DNA of 64,000 nt from the NCBI RefSeq assembly GCF_025526975.1, contig NW_026515685.1:62001-126000 (forward strand). Reading direction: 5' to 3'. Below the pieces are notes generated by a model that was given only the letters and a program-made list of their open reading frames with translations, was not told the origin of the DNA and did no database searches. This document shows, one piece after another, positions 61,783-64,000 of this stretch (positions within the stretch are counted from its first letter, which is position 1; the number at the start of each line of letters is the position of its first letter). This DNA comes from Fimicolochytrium jonesii. Its lineage: Eukaryota. A program made the position numbers and the translations under genes.

Positions 61783-62070
61783 CACGCTCGATCCTCCGTA
61801 CAAGGGGTTCTCCTTCCCTGCGTCGGCGTCGTGTCCGTCGTTCTGGAGTGTAGGTCGCCTAGTGTATCCTGAAGGCATATTCAGTTCCAACGCTCAAAAA
61901 AACTTTCACATTGCAGAAGAAAGGGTTCATACCTCTAGAATATTCACTTCCTACGACGGCCTATTGAGATCATCCGCCTACATCCCAACCTCATCCGCAC
62001 TACGTCATTCAACTTGCCACCGGTACCTGGTGAACTTCACACCTTCACATCCTTTTTCACACCAGAAAGC

Positions 62071-62116
62071 ACCACCGCAACCACCGCAACCACCCCAACC
62101 ACCACAACCACCGCAA
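62071..62116 (+). repeat. 9-bp tandem repeat (CCACCGCAA)~5 upstream of the transposase
   Basis: Directly visible degenerate tandem array ending just before the ATG. Confidence 0.75.
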
Positions 62117-62117
62117 G

Positions 62118-63260
62118 ATGCCTGAAAGACGCAAATACAATAAGATCCCCGATGATATCCGCGAAAAAATCATCCAGTCTGTGATGTACGAAGCCCGCTC
62201 ACTTGGAGAGACTGGCCAACGTTTTGGATATCCGAAAGCGACCATCGCATCGATTGTTGAGAAGTGGAAGCGCACGGGCAACGCTCACAGATCTCATGCA
62301 AGCAACCGACCTCGCCTCATGACAGAGGAAATGGATGCCTTCGTTCGAGAAAAGTACGACGACAATCCCGCTCTCACCATTGCGACGGTCACAGATATGA
62401 TGAATGATCATTTTCATACCCATATCACCGAGAGGACTGTTGAGGCGCACCTCAACCGGTCCGGAAACGACCAATATCGCATGAAGCTGATGAGGAATGA
62501 GCCCGCCGACTTCAACAACCCGACGAAAATTTGTGACCGCAGAGAATGGTGTGAAGAATTTATGCGCCAGCACTTTTCGCTTGATGACTGCATTCACCTT
62601 GACGAAGCTGGGTTCAATCTCAAGCTTCATCGCAAACAAGGAAGGGCTCGTCGAGGTCGCCATCCGATCAATGTCCATAATCAACGGGGGCCCAACCATA
62701 CCCTCCTTGTCGCTGTCTCCCGCACGCAAGGGGTTTTTGCAAGGCGTTTGCGTATGAACCTGACAACCAACGGGAATGCCTTCGAGGCATTCCTCACCGA
62801 AGAGGTCTTGCCAAACATTGACGAGCCAAACAAGCTCATTGTCTTGGATAATGCGCCCATTCATCGCACCCGTCGCATTAAGGACCTCATTCAAAACGCT
62901 GGTCATCGTGTCAAGATGCTCCCTTCCTACACTCCCTTCTTCAACTGCACCGAATGGGTCTTTGGCAGTGTCAAGCCCTTTATTTGCTGCAATGAACTGC
63001 GGATTAGCAACGAGACGCTGCCCCAGCTCATTGATGACGGTCTGGATCGCATTACAACAGATATGGTGGAGGGTTGGATGCGCGAGGTTATGAGATATTT
63101 CCTTCTGGCGTTGAGAGAGGAACCTCTTGGAAGGATGTACGACAACAGGAGCTACATGGACCTCGCTCAATTCCAGCACAACGTGGAGAATGAGGAGGAG
63201 GAGGAGGAGGAGGAAGACGGAGGGGCGGCGGATGGACCGGCTGATGGAGGCGAGGAGTAG
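62118..63260 (+). CDS. DD34E transposase
   Basis: N-terminal HTHs; HLDEAGF, VLDNAPIH, PSYTPFFNCTE with 34 residues between second D and E; acidic tail. Confidence 0.93.
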   Translation: MPERRKYNKIPDDIREKIIQSVMYEARSLGETGQRFGYPKATIASIVEKWKRTGNAHRSHASNRPRLMTEEMDAFVREKYDDNPALTIATVTDMMNDHFHTHITERTVEAHLNRSGNDQYRMKLMRNEPADFNNPTKICDRREWCEEFMRQHFSLDDCIHLDEAGFNLKLHRKQGRARRGRHPINVHNQRGPNHTLLVAVSRTQGVFARRLRMNLTTNGNAFEAFLTEEVLPNIDEPNKLIVLDNAPIHRTRRIKDLIQNAGHRVKMLPSYTPFFNCTEWVFGSVKPFICCNELRISNETLPQLIDDGLDRITTDMVEGWMREVMRYFLLALREEPLGRMYDNRSYMDLAQFQHNVENEEEEEEEEDGGAADGPADGGEE

Positions 63261-64000
63261 ATTCACTTCCTTAGCACGATCTGAATTTTGTGGCGTATCA
63301 ACTTGGTGCGGCGTATGACCTTGGATGGGGACACATATGAACTTGAGTAGGTAGTTGCGTATGAAGTAATAAATCAGCATGTGAATAAGAAAAAAATGTG
63401 CGTATCAAAATATACTTCTCTATGTGAACTGAAAATGCGTTCAGGATATGAAGGAGCATTCTCTCTCCCTCTGAAAGTGGCTTAACATGCACAAAGGCGA
63501 CCCATACCGGCCAGTTAGTCAGTTAGTCGGGGCCAGTTAGTCGGGGCTTCCGTTTGTGTCTAGACTCGTAGCCTGGGGAAGACTCTTTGTACGTGAGGGG
63601 ACAGTACGTCCTATTACAGCTAGGGGAGCCTTCGCATGCTTGAGCGATGCGAACAAACCTCGAACCTCGTTTCGCCCGGCGCTGGTCCCCGCCTCCTTCC
63701 CCCTTCTCGTAGATTTTCTGGACTCAATCTGCCTCCCGCCAAGGGAGACAACACGTCAGTTTCGGGGTTGACTTTCATTCATGTATCCCTTGTTTCTATT
63801 TTCTGTGCTAGACCGGATTTTACTACATGGGAATGCAGGACAAAAGCATAATACAGTAGGTGGCCAAAAGTCCGGGTACGACGCGACAAGGACACATCAT
63901 CCCCAGCATAGCCACCAGCAGAAGTCGCCGGCCTGCCTGCCCATCACTTAGCAGTAGTCGGCAGAGGAAGCAGATGACTGAGCGAACTCTATGATGTGTG

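Larger units (their letters stand above)
61867..63446 (+). mobile_element. Complete Tc1/IS630-type DNA transposon, 1580 bp
   Basis: 21-bp imperfect TIRs (TCCTGAAGGCATATTCAGTTC at 61867; reverse complement TCCTGAACGCATTTTCAGTTC ending 63446; 19/21) flanked by TA on both sides (61865-66, 63447-48). Confidence 0.88.

Noticed and set aside
62199..63380. 393-aa antisense ORF over the transposase
   Set aside because: Shadow of the sense coding frame; composition is not protein-like and no motif is present.

Overview
Eukaryotic, GC-rich genomic DNA with spliceosomal introns (GT..AG, CTRAY-type branch points, most introns about 50-170 nt). It is most likely from a zoosporic, chytrid-type fungus; this is an inference from fungal Mpr1/ILV1/COQ1/SWP1-type genes sitting alongside animal-type Cep57, RNF220 and FKBP25. 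About 17 genes are recognisable: an alpha/beta hydrolase, Mpr1-like GNAT, RNF220-like E3, Cep57-like, COQ1, U1-70K, GlnRS, an ABCG half transporter, a GT10-GT25 glycosyltransferase fusion, ILV1, SEC12, FKBP25-like, GST, SWP1 and others. The window also holds a deleted and frameshifted PUS7 copy, a decayed F-box/ankyrin gene, orphan ORFs, a MITE-like element and a complete Tc1/IS630 DD34E transposon. The most striking unexplained signal is in four unusually long introns (299-465 nt) of four unrelated genes. Each carries GCGAGC-(short loop, mostly G..A)-GCGAGC on the transcribed-sense strand. This motif can fold only through tandem sheared G.A pairs and GNA mini-loops, the hallmark of extra-stable ssDNA hairpins. 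The fifth long intron, in U1-70K, instead hides a candidate poison exon with tandem 5' splice sites. All exon boundaries were read by eye; no database search was possible.
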